Source: Pseudomonadota bacterium (GTDB lineage Bacteria; Pseudomonadota; Alphaproteobacteria; Rhodobacterales; Rhodobacteraceae). Taken from it: 35,248 nucleotides of DNA. Shown in pieces: positions 11,441-20,107 of the stretch. The notes beneath the pieces are model-generated. The model had not been told where the DNA came from, did no database searches, and worked only from the letters and a program-made list of their open reading frames with translations. The stretch lies in the NCBI GenBank assembly GCA_038750185.1, contig JBCDHK010000001.1, positions 1 through 35,248 of the forward strand. The letters are read 5' to 3'. Within the stretch, counting starts at the first letter, position 1. The number at the start of each line of letters is the position of its first letter. The position numbers and the translations under genes were made by a program.

Positions 11441-12579
11441 GCCGCGCCCTCCGCCACGCTGCCGCTATCTTCTGCTGCGGCTCTGGCGGCCTCCTCCGCG
11501 GCTTCGCGAATGGTCTCGGCCGGGGCCATGGGCAGGGCTAGGCGAAAGCGCGTCCAGCCGGGCTGACTGTCGCAGGCGACGATGCCGCCGTGCTCGGTGA
11601 CGATCTTGGAGACGAGCGACAGCCCCAGCCCCGAGCCATGCGCCTTGGATGAGACAAACGGCTCGAAGATATGGCGCTGCATGTCCTCTGGGATGCCGGG
11701 GCCGTTGTCAGTGATCGAGATCTGGAGCGGCAGGCTCTCGCGCGAGCCCCCGGTGGTGGCCACTTTCATACCGGCGCGAAAGGCGGTGCGGATCGAGATC
11801 ACACCGCCCACTTTGGGCGCGGCTTCGGCGGCGTTCTTCAGCAGGTTCATCAGCACCTGGATCAGTTGGTCGGGATCGCCGAGGGTGGGCGGGAGCGAGG
11901 GATCGTAGTCCTCGATAAAGCGCGCATGGGCGGCAAAACCGGCGCGCGCCGAGCGGCAGGCCCGATCGAGCACGTCGTGGATGTTGACCGCGGTGCGCCG
12001 CGCGGGCCCGATATCGCCGAACTGCTCGACGCGCTTGAGGAGTGCCGTGATCCGGTCGGCTTCGTCGCGGATCAGCTGGGTCAACTCGCGGTCGGCCTCA
12101 TCGGCGTTCATGTCGAGGAGTTGCGCCGCCCCCGAGATCCCCGCCAGCGGGTTTTTGATCTCATGGGCCAGCACCGAAGACATCCCCGCCACCGAGCGCG
12201 CCGCGCCGCGGTGGGAGAGAGCGCGGTCCATGCGCTCGGCGGTGGCGCGGGGGTGGATTAGCACCACGGCGCCGGTGGTGTCGGGCGTGGTGGGAGCTGC
12301 ATGGAGATCGACCAGACGCAGCGGCAGTTCGGGCCACGACAGTTCCACATCGTACTCCGACATCTTAGTGCCGCGCTTGAGCACCTGGCGCACCAGATCG
12401 GCAAGGCGGCTGTCCGCACCGCTCATGCGCTCGATGGAGCGCCCGGCGAGTTGGCGTTGTGAGGCATCGAGGAACAACTCCGCCGCCCCGTTGACATCGC
12501 GGATGCGCCCCTCGGCGTCGAGGGCGAGGGCGGGGGCGGGCAGCGCCTGCCAAAGAGTTTCGAATTCGGTCTCGCTCAT
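11437..12579 (-). CDS. ntrB: Nitrogen regulation sensor kinase NtrB
   Basis: PAS domain, H-box [48 protein letters not shown]; ATGA overlaps with ntrC and dusB. Confidence 0.96.
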
Positions 12580-13574
12580 GCCGCCCTCGCGGGTTCGAAG
12601 TCGGGGATGGCGGCGCGGATCAGCGCGATCAGGGCCGACGGCTCGTCAAGGCGCACCAGCTTGTCGCGCAAGGCCCGCGCGCCGCTTAGGTGCGTGCAGT
12701 AGGCGTCGAGGTGCTTTCGGAAGGCGCGCAGGCCGACCTCGGCGCCGTAGAACGCCAGATGGGCCTCGATGTGGGCTTCGATCAGCGTTGCCAGCGCGCG
12801 GCCCTCGGGGGCGGGCATGGGGTGCTGGCCGCGCAGCACTGCACGGATTTGGGCAGGTAGCCAAGGCCGCCCGACAGCGGCGCGCCCGATCATCACACCT
12901 TGGGCTTTGGAGTGTGCCAAGGCCTGACGGGCGTCCTCGGGCGAGGCAATATCGCCATTGGCGATCACCGGCAGTGTAGTCGCCCCGCAGACACGCGCGA
13001 TGGCCGCCCAATCGGCAGCGCCTTTGTAAAACTGCGCGCGGGTGCGGCCATGCACGGCCAGACGCACCACCCCAGCGCCCTCGGCGATGCGGGCGATCTC
13101 GGGCGCGTTGAGGCTGTCGTTGTCCCAGCCAAGGCGCATCTTGAGGCTGACGGGCACGGTCGCAGCCTCCACCACCGCCTCGACGATGGCCTGGGCACGC
13201 TGGGGCTCGCGCATCAGCGCCGAGCCGGCGGCGCCTCCGGTGACCTTCTTAGCCGGGCAGCCGAAATTGAGATCGATCACCGCCGCGCCCTCGCCCGAGA
13301 GACGGCGTGCGGCTTCGGCCATCGCAACCGGATCGCGCCCGGCGATCTGGACGGCGGTCGCGGTTTCTCCGGCCGCGATCTCGGCCTTGGCGCGCACCGA
13401 AGGTTTTTCAGATAGCATCTCCTGGGTCGCCACCATCTCGGACACCACCAGATCGACGCCGAAGCCCGCCACCAGCGCACGGAACGGACGGTCGGTAATG
13501 CCCGCCATCGGCGCAAGCATTACGCGCGGCGGCACCGCACGGATGACTGTGTTTTCACCACTCAGAGAGGTCAT
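12576..13574 (-). CDS. dusB: tRNA dihydrouridine synthase DusB (NifR3)
   Basis: LAPMAGITDRPFR, IDLNFGCPAKKV, SLKMRLGWD, AVHGRT, IANGDI, MIGRAA; conserved position ahead of ntrB. Start ~13574 (MTSLSG), uncertain. Confidence 0.93.
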   Translation of the reverse strand: MTSLSGENTVIRAVPPRVMLAPMAGITDRPFRALVAGFGVDLVVSEMVATQEMLSEKPSVRAKAEIAAGETATAVQIAGRDPVAMAEAARRLSGEGAAVIDLNFGCPAKKVTGGAAGSALMREPQRAQAIVEAVVEAATVPVSLKMRLGWDNDSLNAPEIARIAEGAGVVRLAVHGRTRAQFYKGAADWAAIARVCGATTLPVIANGDIASPEDARQALAHSKAQGVMIGRAAVGRPWLPAQIRAVLRGQHPMPAPEGRALATLIEAHIEAHLAFYGAEVGLRAFRKHLDAYCTHLSGARALRDKLVRLDEPSALIALIRAAIPDFEPARAA

Positions 13575-13705
13575 GCTCAATTCCGCATCATGTGGTATCA
13601 TCACTAGCGCGCAGGCTTGCCCCGCGCAAGGCCCCGGCCTAAGAGCATGTCCGAGAAACCTAGGACAGGCCGCCACCCCACCGCCTGTCAGGCAAAGGAG
13701 CGCGC

Positions 13706-14929
13706 GTGCGCCAAGCCAGCCCCAGTAACGCCCAGCCATCCGTCAAGACCGCCGTCATCGTCGTGGCGGCTGGCAAGGGGCTGCGCCTTGGTGGTCCCAT
13801 TCCAAAACAGTACCAAAGCCTGGGCGCCGAAGCGATCCTCGCGCGCACCCTGGCCCAGACCCTGCAAGCGCCCGTCGACACCGTGCTCGTGGCCATCGAA
13901 GCCGGTGCCGAGACGCTCTACGCCGAGGCCACCGCAGCCCTCGATGATCCCCGCCTGCTAGCGCCAGTCCAAGGCGGCGCCACGCGTGCCGAGACTGTGC
14001 GCCTAGCCCTCGAAGCGCTGGAAGCGGATGCGCCTCAGACGGTCCTGGTCCATGACGCTGCCCGTCCCTTCGCCAGCCCTGCCCTGTTTGCCCGTGTGGC
14101 CGAAACCGCCCGCGACGGCGGTGCCATTGCCGCCGAGCCGGTTGTCGATGCCCTTTGGGAGGGCGGCGCAGGCTACGCCGAAATACCACGCCCGCGCGAG
14201 GGGCTCTGGCGAGCACAAACCCCGCAGGGTTTTCCCTTTGAGGCGCTGCTCGCCGCCCACCGCGCCGCCCACCGTACGGATACTGGCGAGCCTCCGGCGC
14301 TCGACGACGCCGAGGTCTTCCGCCGCGCTGGACACCCGGTTGCGCTGGTCATGGGTGAGCCCGAGAATTTCAAGATCACCACCCCCGAGGACTTGGCGCG
14401 CGCGCGCCGCCTTGCTGCCCTGGAGCGCCCCATGATCCCAGACATTCGCGTGGGCCACGGCTTTGATGTACATAGGTTTTGCGCTGGCAGTTCGGTCTGG
14501 CTTTGCGGGGTGGAGATCGCCCATACCCATGCCCTCGACGGCCACTCCGATGCCGATGTGGGGCTGCATGCGCTGGCCGATGCGCTCTACGGTGCGCTTG
14601 GTGAGGGCGATATCGGCACCCATTTTCCGCCCTCGGAGCCGCAGTGGAAGGGCACCGAGAGCCACGTCTTCCTGGCCCATGCCGGAGAGCGCGTCTCGGC
14701 CCGCGGCGGGCGCATCGCCAATCTCGATGTGACGCTTTTGTGCGAGCGCCCCAAGATCGGCCCGCACGCAGCTGCCATGCGCGCGCGCATCGGCGCGATC
14801 CTGGGACTGGCCGCAGAGCGCGTCTCGATCAAGGCGACCACGCTGGAGCGCATGGGCGCGCTCGGGCGCGAGGACGGTATGGGGGCGCTGGCCACGGCCA
14901 CGGTGCTCTTGCCGGGAGAGCCCACATGA
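13706..14929 (+). CDS. ispDF: Bifunctional IspD/IspF (MEP cytidylyltransferase / MECDP synthase)
   Basis: IspD motifs AAGKGLRLGG..PKQY, HDAARP, QTPQGF, NFKITT; IspF motifs GHGFDVHRF, GHSDADV, GDIGTHFP; AAGGAG upstream of GTG. Confidence 0.96.
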   Translation: MRQASPSNAQPSVKTAVIVVAAGKGLRLGGPIPKQYQSLGAEAILARTLAQTLQAPVDTVLVAIEAGAETLYAEATAALDDPRLLAPVQGGATRAETVRLALEALEADAPQTVLVHDAARPFASPALFARVAETARDGGAIAAEPVVDALWEGGAGYAEIPRPREGLWRAQTPQGFPFEALLAAHRAAHRTDTGEPPALDDAEVFRRAGHPVALVMGEPENFKITTPEDLARARRLAALERPMIPDIRVGHGFDVHRFCAGSSVWLCGVEIAHTHALDGHSDADVGLHALADALYGALGEGDIGTHFPPSEPQWKGTESHVFLAHAGERVSARGGRIANLDVTLLCERPKIGPHAAAMRARIGAILGLAAERVSIKATTLERMGALGREDGMGALATATVLLPGEPT

Positions 14930-15447
14930 GCGCCCTGCCCTACCGCATCGCCACGCTGGGCGGGATCGGTCTGCTCCCCAGCGCCCCGGGCACCTGGGCC
15001 TCCATCGCCACGGTGCCGCTGACGTGGGGGTTGCACGCGTTGGGCGGCTTCTGGCTGGTTGCTGCGGTGACGGTCGGCTTTGCCATCCTCGGCTGGTGGT
15101 CGATCGCCCGTCTCGATGGCCCCGACCAAGATCCCCCCGAAGTGGTGATCGACGAGCTTGTGGGCATGATGCTGGCACTTTGGCCGCTCTCGCTCGGCCT
15201 CACCCTGATCGAAGCGGGGCCGGCTGTCTTTCCCTGGCCGGGATGGCTGATGGGCTTTCTCCTGTTTCGGTTTTTCGACATTGTCAAACCGCCACCAGTC
15301 AATTGGGCCGAGCGCTTGCCAGGGGCCACCGGCGTCATGCTCGATGATATCGTGGCCGGGGTCTTGACCGCCGCCATCGCCTTGATCGCCGCCGCCTTGT
15401 CACATGGCTGGTTTGTCCCGACTGCTCCAGCGCCGATGGGAGGATGA
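14926..15447 (+). CDS. pgpA: Phosphatidylglycerophosphatase A
   Basis: [38 protein letters not shown]; true start ATG 14926 overlaps the ispDF stop (ATGA). Confidence 0.93.
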   Translation: MSALPYRIATLGGIGLLPSAPGTWASIATVPLTWGLHALGGFWLVAAVTVGFAILGWWSIARLDGPDQDPPEVVIDELVGMMLALWPLSLGLTLIEAGPAVFPWPGWLMGFLLFRFFDIVKPPPVNWAERLPGATGVMLDDIVAGVLTAAIALIAAALSHGWFVPTAPAPMGG

Positions 15448-15944
15448 CCATGGACGAGACTGCGATCCGCGCGGCGGCACAAGCTGTCCTCGATGCCTGC
15501 GAGGCGCAGGGTTTGATGGTGGTCACGGCCGAAAGTTGCACTGGGGGGATGGTTGCAGCCGCATTGACCGACATCGCGGGCTCCTCCGCGGTGGTCGAGC
15601 GTGGCTTTGTCACCTACTCCAACGCCGCCAAGGCCGGGATGCTGGGCGTCGATCCCGCCTTGATCGAGACCCACGGCGCCGTCAGCGAACCCGTGGCGCG
15701 CGCCATGGCCGAGGGTGCGCTGGTCAGAAGCCTCGCCGATATTGCCGTGGCCATCACCGGCATCGCCGGGCCAGGCGGTGCCACAACGACCAAGCCCGAG
15801 GGATTGGTACATTTCGCAGCAGCCCGGCGCGGGCAAGAGACCACCTCAGGCCCCATCGAATACGGCGCACGTGGGCGCCAAGCGGTGAGAGCCGCGGCGA
15901 CCGTGCGTGCGCTCGAACTCTTGCTAGCGGCAGCCTCCAGCTAA
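15444..15944 (+). CDS. cinA: CinA C-terminal domain protein (PncC, NMN deamidase)
   Basis: [54 protein letters not shown]. Confidence 0.93.
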   Translation: MTMDETAIRAAAQAVLDACEAQGLMVVTAESCTGGMVAAALTDIAGSSAVVERGFVTYSNAAKAGMLGVDPALIETHGAVSEPVARAMAEGALVRSLADIAVAITGIAGPGGATTTKPEGLVHFAAARRGQETTSGPIEYGARGRQAVRAAATVRALELLLAAASS

Positions 15945-15967
15945 ACCCCGGCCAAGCGGGGCCTCGC

Positions 15968-16462
15968 TCAGAGGTTTTGCGCTGCCACCTCACTCGAAGG
16001 GCGTGGCTTGGGGCGGGCATAAAGCGCCTCGGCGCGGCGCTCAAACGCGCGGACGATTTGTTGCATCGCCTGGGTAAACACTGCCCCGACCACCGTCTGC
16101 AGCGTGCGCGATTTGAACGCGAAATCGATGTAGAAATCGACCTCGCACGCCCCGTCGCCCGCCGGCACAAAGCGCCAGTGGTTGTCGAGATAGCGAAACG
16201 GCCCGTCCAGGTAGCTGACGTCGATCTCGCGGCTCTCGGGGTGGAGCACGACGCGCGAGGCGAACTTCTCGCGGTAGACTTTAAACGACACCACCAGATC
16301 GGCATCGATGACGATGGTGCCGTCCTCGCGCTGACTGCGGTTGCGAATGCGTACGGCAGAGCACCAGGGCAGGAATTCGGGATAGGCGCGAATGTCCGCG
16401 ATCAGATCGAACATCTGTTGTGCGGTGTAAGGCATCCGGCGCTGCTCGGCATGTGTGGTCAC
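15968..16462 (-). CDS. ratA: RatA/PasT/Coq10 START-domain (ubiquinone-binding) protein
   Basis: PYTAQQMFDLIADIRAYPEFLPWC, YLDGPFRYLDNHWRF, AFERRA; GTG start at 16462 with SD GAAAGG. Confidence 0.9.
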   Translation of the reverse strand: MTTHAEQRRMPYTAQQMFDLIADIRAYPEFLPWCSAVRIRNRSQREDGTIVIDADLVVSFKVYREKFASRVVLHPESREIDVSYLDGPFRYLDNHWRFVPAGDGACEVDFYIDFAFKSRTLQTVVGAVFTQAMQQIVRAFERRAEALYARPKPRPSSEVAAQNL

Positions 16463-16633
16463 GTTGACACCTTTCGTTGACAACTAAGAAATAACTAACG
16501 CCCACCACCGCGACAAGGGCATGGCGCCCCACCGTGACCCCAAGACGCGGAAAAGTGCCCGCATCGGCCCCGCGCCTGGACAGAAGATGGCGAGACATTG
16601 ACGACGGACACGGCGCGAACACGTGGTACGAAC

Positions 16634-17614
16634 ATGACATACCGCTTGCTGAGATTCGGTTTCGCACCACGATTGACATCTGGTTTCCTGCCACCCCGAG
16701 CCATCCCGCGCACCGGTGACAACACCCCCGCGGCCACCCTCGGGCGCTACCTCTGGCGCATGAGCGGCTGGCATCAGGCCGGAGCGGGGGCGCTGGCGGT
16801 GGTATTGGCACTGCTCAGCTTTGCGCCCGTCGAAGTGCAACGGCGTCTGATCGACGACGCCATCGCCGGAGACGACACGACGTTGTTGCTCTGGCTCGGC
16901 GGGCTCTATCTGGGCCTGCTGGCCGCAACCCAGATCGTCAAGGCGGTGCTGCTGCTCTACCGGGCGTGGCTCAGCGAGAGCGCGGCGCGCTACTGTCGCG
17001 CCCATCTGATGCAATTGCATGGCGCTCGCCAGGACGACGGCGCCGAGGCGCGCCCGGGCGAAGCGGTCGCCATCGTCAATACCGAAGTCGATAAACTGAC
17101 CGGCTTTGTCGGCGATGGGCCGTCGCAGGCGATCCAGTTCACCGCGCTCCTGCTTGGCGGCACGGCCTATATGCTGTGGATCGATCCAGTACTGGCCGGG
17201 GTGGGGCTGGTGCTTCTGATACCCCAGGCACTCTGGGCGCCGCTCATGCAACGCCGCCTCAACCGGCTGATCCGCCAGCGCGTGCGTCTGATGCGCCTGC
17301 TTGGCGAGCGTGTCAGTGATAGCGAGGCCGACCCGGGCACCCACCTCACCCGCATCTACCGCAACCGCCTCAGCATCGCCGCGTGGAAGGCGCTTACCAA
17401 AGCCGGGCTCGGCCTGATGAACGGCTTAGCGCCGCTCTCGGTCTTGGTGGTCGGCGGCTGGCTGGCCATCGCGGGAGAGACCAGCCTTGGGGTCATCGTG
17501 GCTTTTGTGAGCGGCTTTCAGCGCCTGGCCGAGCCGTTGCGCGCGCTGATCCGGTTCTACCGCGAGTACGCCCAGGCCCGTGTCCAGCACGACATGATCG
17601 CGCGCTGGATGTGA
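16634..17614 (+). CDS. ABC exporter transmembrane-domain-only protein (no NBD)
   Basis: Type IV exporter TMD pattern (LGRYLWR, RRLIDDAI, GEAVAIVNTEVD, VLVVGGWLAIAGETSLGVIVAFVSGFQRLAEPL). It stops right after the last helix with no Walker motifs. Start uncertain (16598/16634/16673). Confidence 0.8.
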   Translation: MTYRLLRFGFAPRLTSGFLPPRAIPRTGDNTPAATLGRYLWRMSGWHQAGAGALAVVLALLSFAPVEVQRRLIDDAIAGDDTTLLLWLGGLYLGLLAATQIVKAVLLLYRAWLSESAARYCRAHLMQLHGARQDDGAEARPGEAVAIVNTEVDKLTGFVGDGPSQAIQFTALLLGGTAYMLWIDPVLAGVGLVLLIPQALWAPLMQRRLNRLIRQRVRLMRLLGERVSDSEADPGTHLTRIYRNRLSIAAWKALTKAGLGLMNGLAPLSVLVVGGWLAIAGETSLGVIVAFVSGFQRLAEPLRALIRFYREYAQARVQHDMIARWM

Positions 17615-17626
17615 GTGTGGGCGTGG

Positions 17627-18607
17627 TCAGACCGTCTCCTTGGCCGAGACTGCAGCGCGGGCGAGCTTGGCCTCGCGCGCCGCTCTGAGGCGCTGGAAGT
17701 CGTCCCCAGCGTGGTAGGACGAGCGCGTGAGCGGTGTCGAGGACACCATTAGAAACCCCTTGGAATAGGCCGATTTCTCATAAGCCTCAAACTCCTCCGG
17801 GCTGACATAGCGATCGACGCGGTGGTGCTTGGAGGTCGGCTGGAGATACTGGCCGATGGTCAGGAAATCGATCTCGGCCGAGCGCATGTCGTCCATCACC
17901 TGCAACACTTCGGTGCGGCTCTCGCCAAGCCCGGCCATCAGCCCGGATTTGGTGAAGATGGTCGGGTCGAGTTCCTTGACGCGCTGGAGCAGGCGCAGCG
18001 AGTGGAAATACCGCGCGCCAGGGCGCACCGAGGTATAGAGTGCGGGCACGGTCTCCAGATTGTGGTTGAAGACGTCGGGGCGCGCCTCGACCACCATCTC
18101 CAAAGCCGAAGGGCCACAGCGCAGGAAATCGGGGGTCAGCACCTCGATGGTGGTGGCGTTGTTGCGCCGGCGCACGGCGCGGATGGTCTGGGCGATGTGG
18201 GCGGCGCCCCCGTCCGCCAGATCGTCGCGGTCGACCGAGGTGATCACCACATGCGAGAGCCCGAGCTTGGACACCGCATCAGCCACGCGCACCGGCTCGA
18301 ACACATCGAGCGCCTCAGGGCGTCCGGTGGCGACGTTGCAAAACGTGCACCCGCGCGTGCAGATCTCGCCCATGATCATCATGGTGGCATGGCCCTGGGC
18401 CCAGCACTCGCCCACGTTGGGGCAACCGGCCTCCTGGCACACCGTCGAGAGTTTGTGCTCTTGGATGATCGCGCGCGTGTCCTGATAACCCTGAGAGGTG
18501 GGCGCCTTGACGCGAATCCACTTGGGCTTGGGCGGGCTTGGGTTGTCCTTGCGGTGCGCCTTTTCGGGATGGCGCTCGGCGGGGATTTTCAGATCGCGGC
18601 TCGACAT
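17627..18607 (-). CDS. lipA: Lipoyl synthase
   Basis: [12 protein letters not shown], radical-SAM [34 protein letters not shown]; SD AAGGAG. Confidence 0.98.
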   Translation of the reverse strand: MSSRDLKIPAERHPEKAHRKDNPSPPKPKWIRVKAPTSQGYQDTRAIIQEHKLSTVCQEAGCPNVGECWAQGHATMMIMGEICTRGCTFCNVATGRPEALDVFEPVRVADAVSKLGLSHVVITSVDRDDLADGGAAHIAQTIRAVRRRNNATTIEVLTPDFLRCGPSALEMVVEARPDVFNHNLETVPALYTSVRPGARYFHSLRLLQRVKELDPTIFTKSGLMAGLGESRTEVLQVMDDMRSAEIDFLTIGQYLQPTSKHHRVDRYVSPEEFEAYEKSAYSKGFLMVSSTPLTRSSYHAGDDFQRLRAAREAKLARAAVSAKETV

Positions 18608-18631
18608 GGCTGGCTCCTTCGGCTGGCGATG

Positions 18632-18660
18632 AACTTAGCGGTGGCAGGCGGCGTGTTCCA
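18632..18660 (-). promoter_or_regulatory. Putative sigma70 promoter of lipA
   Basis: Minus strand TGGAAC-N17-TAAGTT ending 24 nt upstream of the lipA ATG. Confidence 0.45.
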
Positions 18661-18686
18661 CCATGGCGGCAGGGGGTGCGACGGCA

Positions 18687-18701
18687 TGGGCATTTCGTCG
18701 C
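18687..18701 (+). promoter_or_regulatory. RegA/PrrA/RegR-like binding site
   Basis: TGGGCATTTCGTCGC matches the RegR box GNGRCRTTNNGNCGC at all defined positions except the first; it lies 2 nt upstream of a -35 hexamer. Confidence 0.5.
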
Positions 18702-18703
18702 GC

Positions 18704-18732
18704 TTGACGCTGGGGGCGTCGGGCCGCAGGAT
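18704..18732 (+). promoter_or_regulatory. Putative sigma70 promoter of the orphan 100-aa gene
   Basis: TTGACG-N17-CAGGAT; predicted TSS ~18739. Confidence 0.55.
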
Positions 18733-18733
18733 G

Positions 18734-18776
18734 TGTCAGCTTAGATGGACAACTCCAACGTCTATTAAGTGCGACA
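18734..18776. promoter_or_regulatory. Tandem PpsR/CrtJ operator (two TGTC-N10-GACA boxes, 7 bp apart)
   Basis: Box 1 TGTCAGCTTAGATGGACA (18734-18751) is a perfect match. Box 2 CGTCTATTAAGTGCGACA (18759-18776) has one mismatch. The patch is AT-rich and overlaps the predicted TSS. Confidence 0.7.
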
Positions 18777-18838
18777 ATAGTATGTGACGACAGCCGCGCC
18801 GATCCGACCGCCAAGCCCTCCCCTTCAAGGAGCCCCCC

Positions 18839-19141
18839 ATGTCCCAATCCACCCTCGCCGAGGAATTCGATCCGATCACCGGCAGCTTCCGTCCGATCAA
18901 GGGCGCCATCACCGCCAGCGCGCGCAAGCCCGTCAAGCAGACCGCCCCCGATCCACGCCCGGCCAAGATCACCGGGCTGTCGGAGAACGGCCAGCGCTAC
19001 GGCGTGTTCTTCGAGGCGTTCGAGCACGCCGCCAAGAGCCCCATGGGCAACATGCTCTATCGCGGGGCGCAGGCGGTGATCGTGGTGGCGTTTTTGCTCC
19101 TGATGTATGAAGCCCTCAACTACCGCCTCGCCCTAGGCTAA
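18839..19141 (+). CDS. Hypothetical 100-aa protein with a single C-terminal transmembrane helix
   Basis: Strong SD AAGGAG, GC3-rich host-like codons, hydrophobic stretch AQAVIVVAFLLLMYEAL near the C-terminus; no family recognised. Confidence 0.85.
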   Translation: MSQSTLAEEFDPITGSFRPIKGAITASARKPVKQTAPDPRPAKITGLSENGQRYGVFFEAFEHAAKSPMGNMLYRGAQAVIVVAFLLLMYEALNYRLALG

Positions 19142-19151
19142 GCCCGCCCGA

Positions 19152-19187
19152 GGCTGCAGGAGCGCGCGCGCGCTCCAACCCGCAGCC
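19152..19187 (+). terminator. GC-rich stem-loop downstream of the orphan gene (terminator or mRNA-stabilising hairpin)
   Basis: Perfect 18-bp palindrome GGAGCGCGCGCGCGCTCC (19159-19176) inside an outer GGCTGC/GCAGCC pairing; no U-tract. Confidence 0.45.
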
Positions 19188-19269
19188 CCACCCCGCTGCC
19201 CGAGAAAGCCAAGCCCCTGGCCACACCCAGCCTCTTGACGCGTGCCGGTAAGAGCCCACGTCGGGACGC

Positions 19270-20001
19270 ATGATGCACTCACTCGGACAGTCCTACCACG
19301 CCGTGGTGATCGGCGCTTCGGGCGGGATCGGTGGCGCCATGGCGCGGCTTTTGGCCGAAGATGGCGCCTGTGCCGGCGTCCATGCCTTCTCGCGCTCGGG
19401 CTCAGCGCCAGAACACGCCAAGATTAACGCCGGTCGCCTCGATCTGACCGATGACACCAGCATCGCCGTCGCGGCGGAGACCGTCCCGCAAGAGCCCACC
19501 TTCATCGTGGTCGCGACCGGGTTTCTCCATGATGGCGGTGCGGGGCCTGAGAAATCCTGGTCCCAGATCACGCCCGACAGTTTTGCGCATAACTTTGCGA
19601 TCAACACCACCGGCCCCGCGCTTGTGGCACGCCATTTCCTCGACCGCTTCCCGCGGCGCGAGCGCTGCATCTTCGCCGCCCTCTCGGCGCGTGTCGGCTC
19701 GATCTCGGACAATAAAGTCGGCGGCTGGTACGGCTACCGCGCCTCCAAGGCCGCCCTCAACCAAGTGCTGAAGTGCCTAGCCATCGAGGGGGCGCGAAAA
19801 CGCAAGCACCTCGTCGTGGCCGGGCTGCAGCCGGGCACCGTGCGCACCGCCCTCTCCGAGCCGTTCCGCGGCGGTGTCTCCAAGCAAAAACTCTTCGAGC
19901 CAGAGGACGCCGCCCGCCATCTCCTCGGCGTGCTCGATGGGCTGGAGCCCCAGCACTCAGGCCGCATGTTCGACTGGCGCGGCGACGAGGTGCCGCCTTG
20001 A
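19270..20001 (+). CDS. Short-chain dehydrogenase/reductase, CsgA (C-factor)-like
   Basis: IGASGGIG, ATGFLH..GPEKS, LSARVGSISDNKVGGWYGYRASKAALN (YxxxK), QPGTVRT. Confidence 0.9.
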   Translation: MMHSLGQSYHAVVIGASGGIGGAMARLLAEDGACAGVHAFSRSGSAPEHAKINAGRLDLTDDTSIAVAAETVPQEPTFIVVATGFLHDGGAGPEKSWSQITPDSFAHNFAINTTGPALVARHFLDRFPRRERCIFAALSARVGSISDNKVGGWYGYRASKAALNQVLKCLAIEGARKRKHLVVAGLQPGTVRTALSEPFRGGVSKQKLFEPEDAARHLLGVLDGLEPQHSGRMFDWRGDEVPP

Positions 20002-20050
20002 GACTACTGTCGCCTGAGATGGCGAAAACACTCCCGCCGGCCCTCAGCCC

Positions 20051-20079
20051 TTGAACCCCACCCGTGCCTGACGTACCGC
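20051..20079 (+). promoter_or_regulatory. Putative sigma70 promoter of the 20108 glycosyltransferase
   Basis: TTGAAC-N17-TACCGC; SD GGAGG downstream. Confidence 0.35.
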
Positions 20080-20107
20080 TTGGCCACTCAAGCCGGGAGG
20101 GGGCCAC

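Noticed and set aside
15968-16462. ratA as part of a toxin-antitoxin module
   Set aside because: No ratB/pasI neighbour; the family is better explained as a Coq10-like quinone chaperone.
16616-16634. CGAACA direct repeat upstream of the TMD-only gene as a LexA box
   Set aside because: The spacing is GAAC-N9-GAAC; the alphaproteobacterial LexA box is GAAC-N7-GAAC.
18745-18768. 7-codon uORF (MDNSNVY) inside the PpsR boxes
   Set aside because: Too short, no convincing SD, and the sequence is explained by the operator.
18784-19110. Alternative-frame 108-aa ORF overlapping the orphan gene
   Set aside because: Arg/Pro-rich shadow composition; the 18839 frame has the SD, host-like codon usage and a TM helix.
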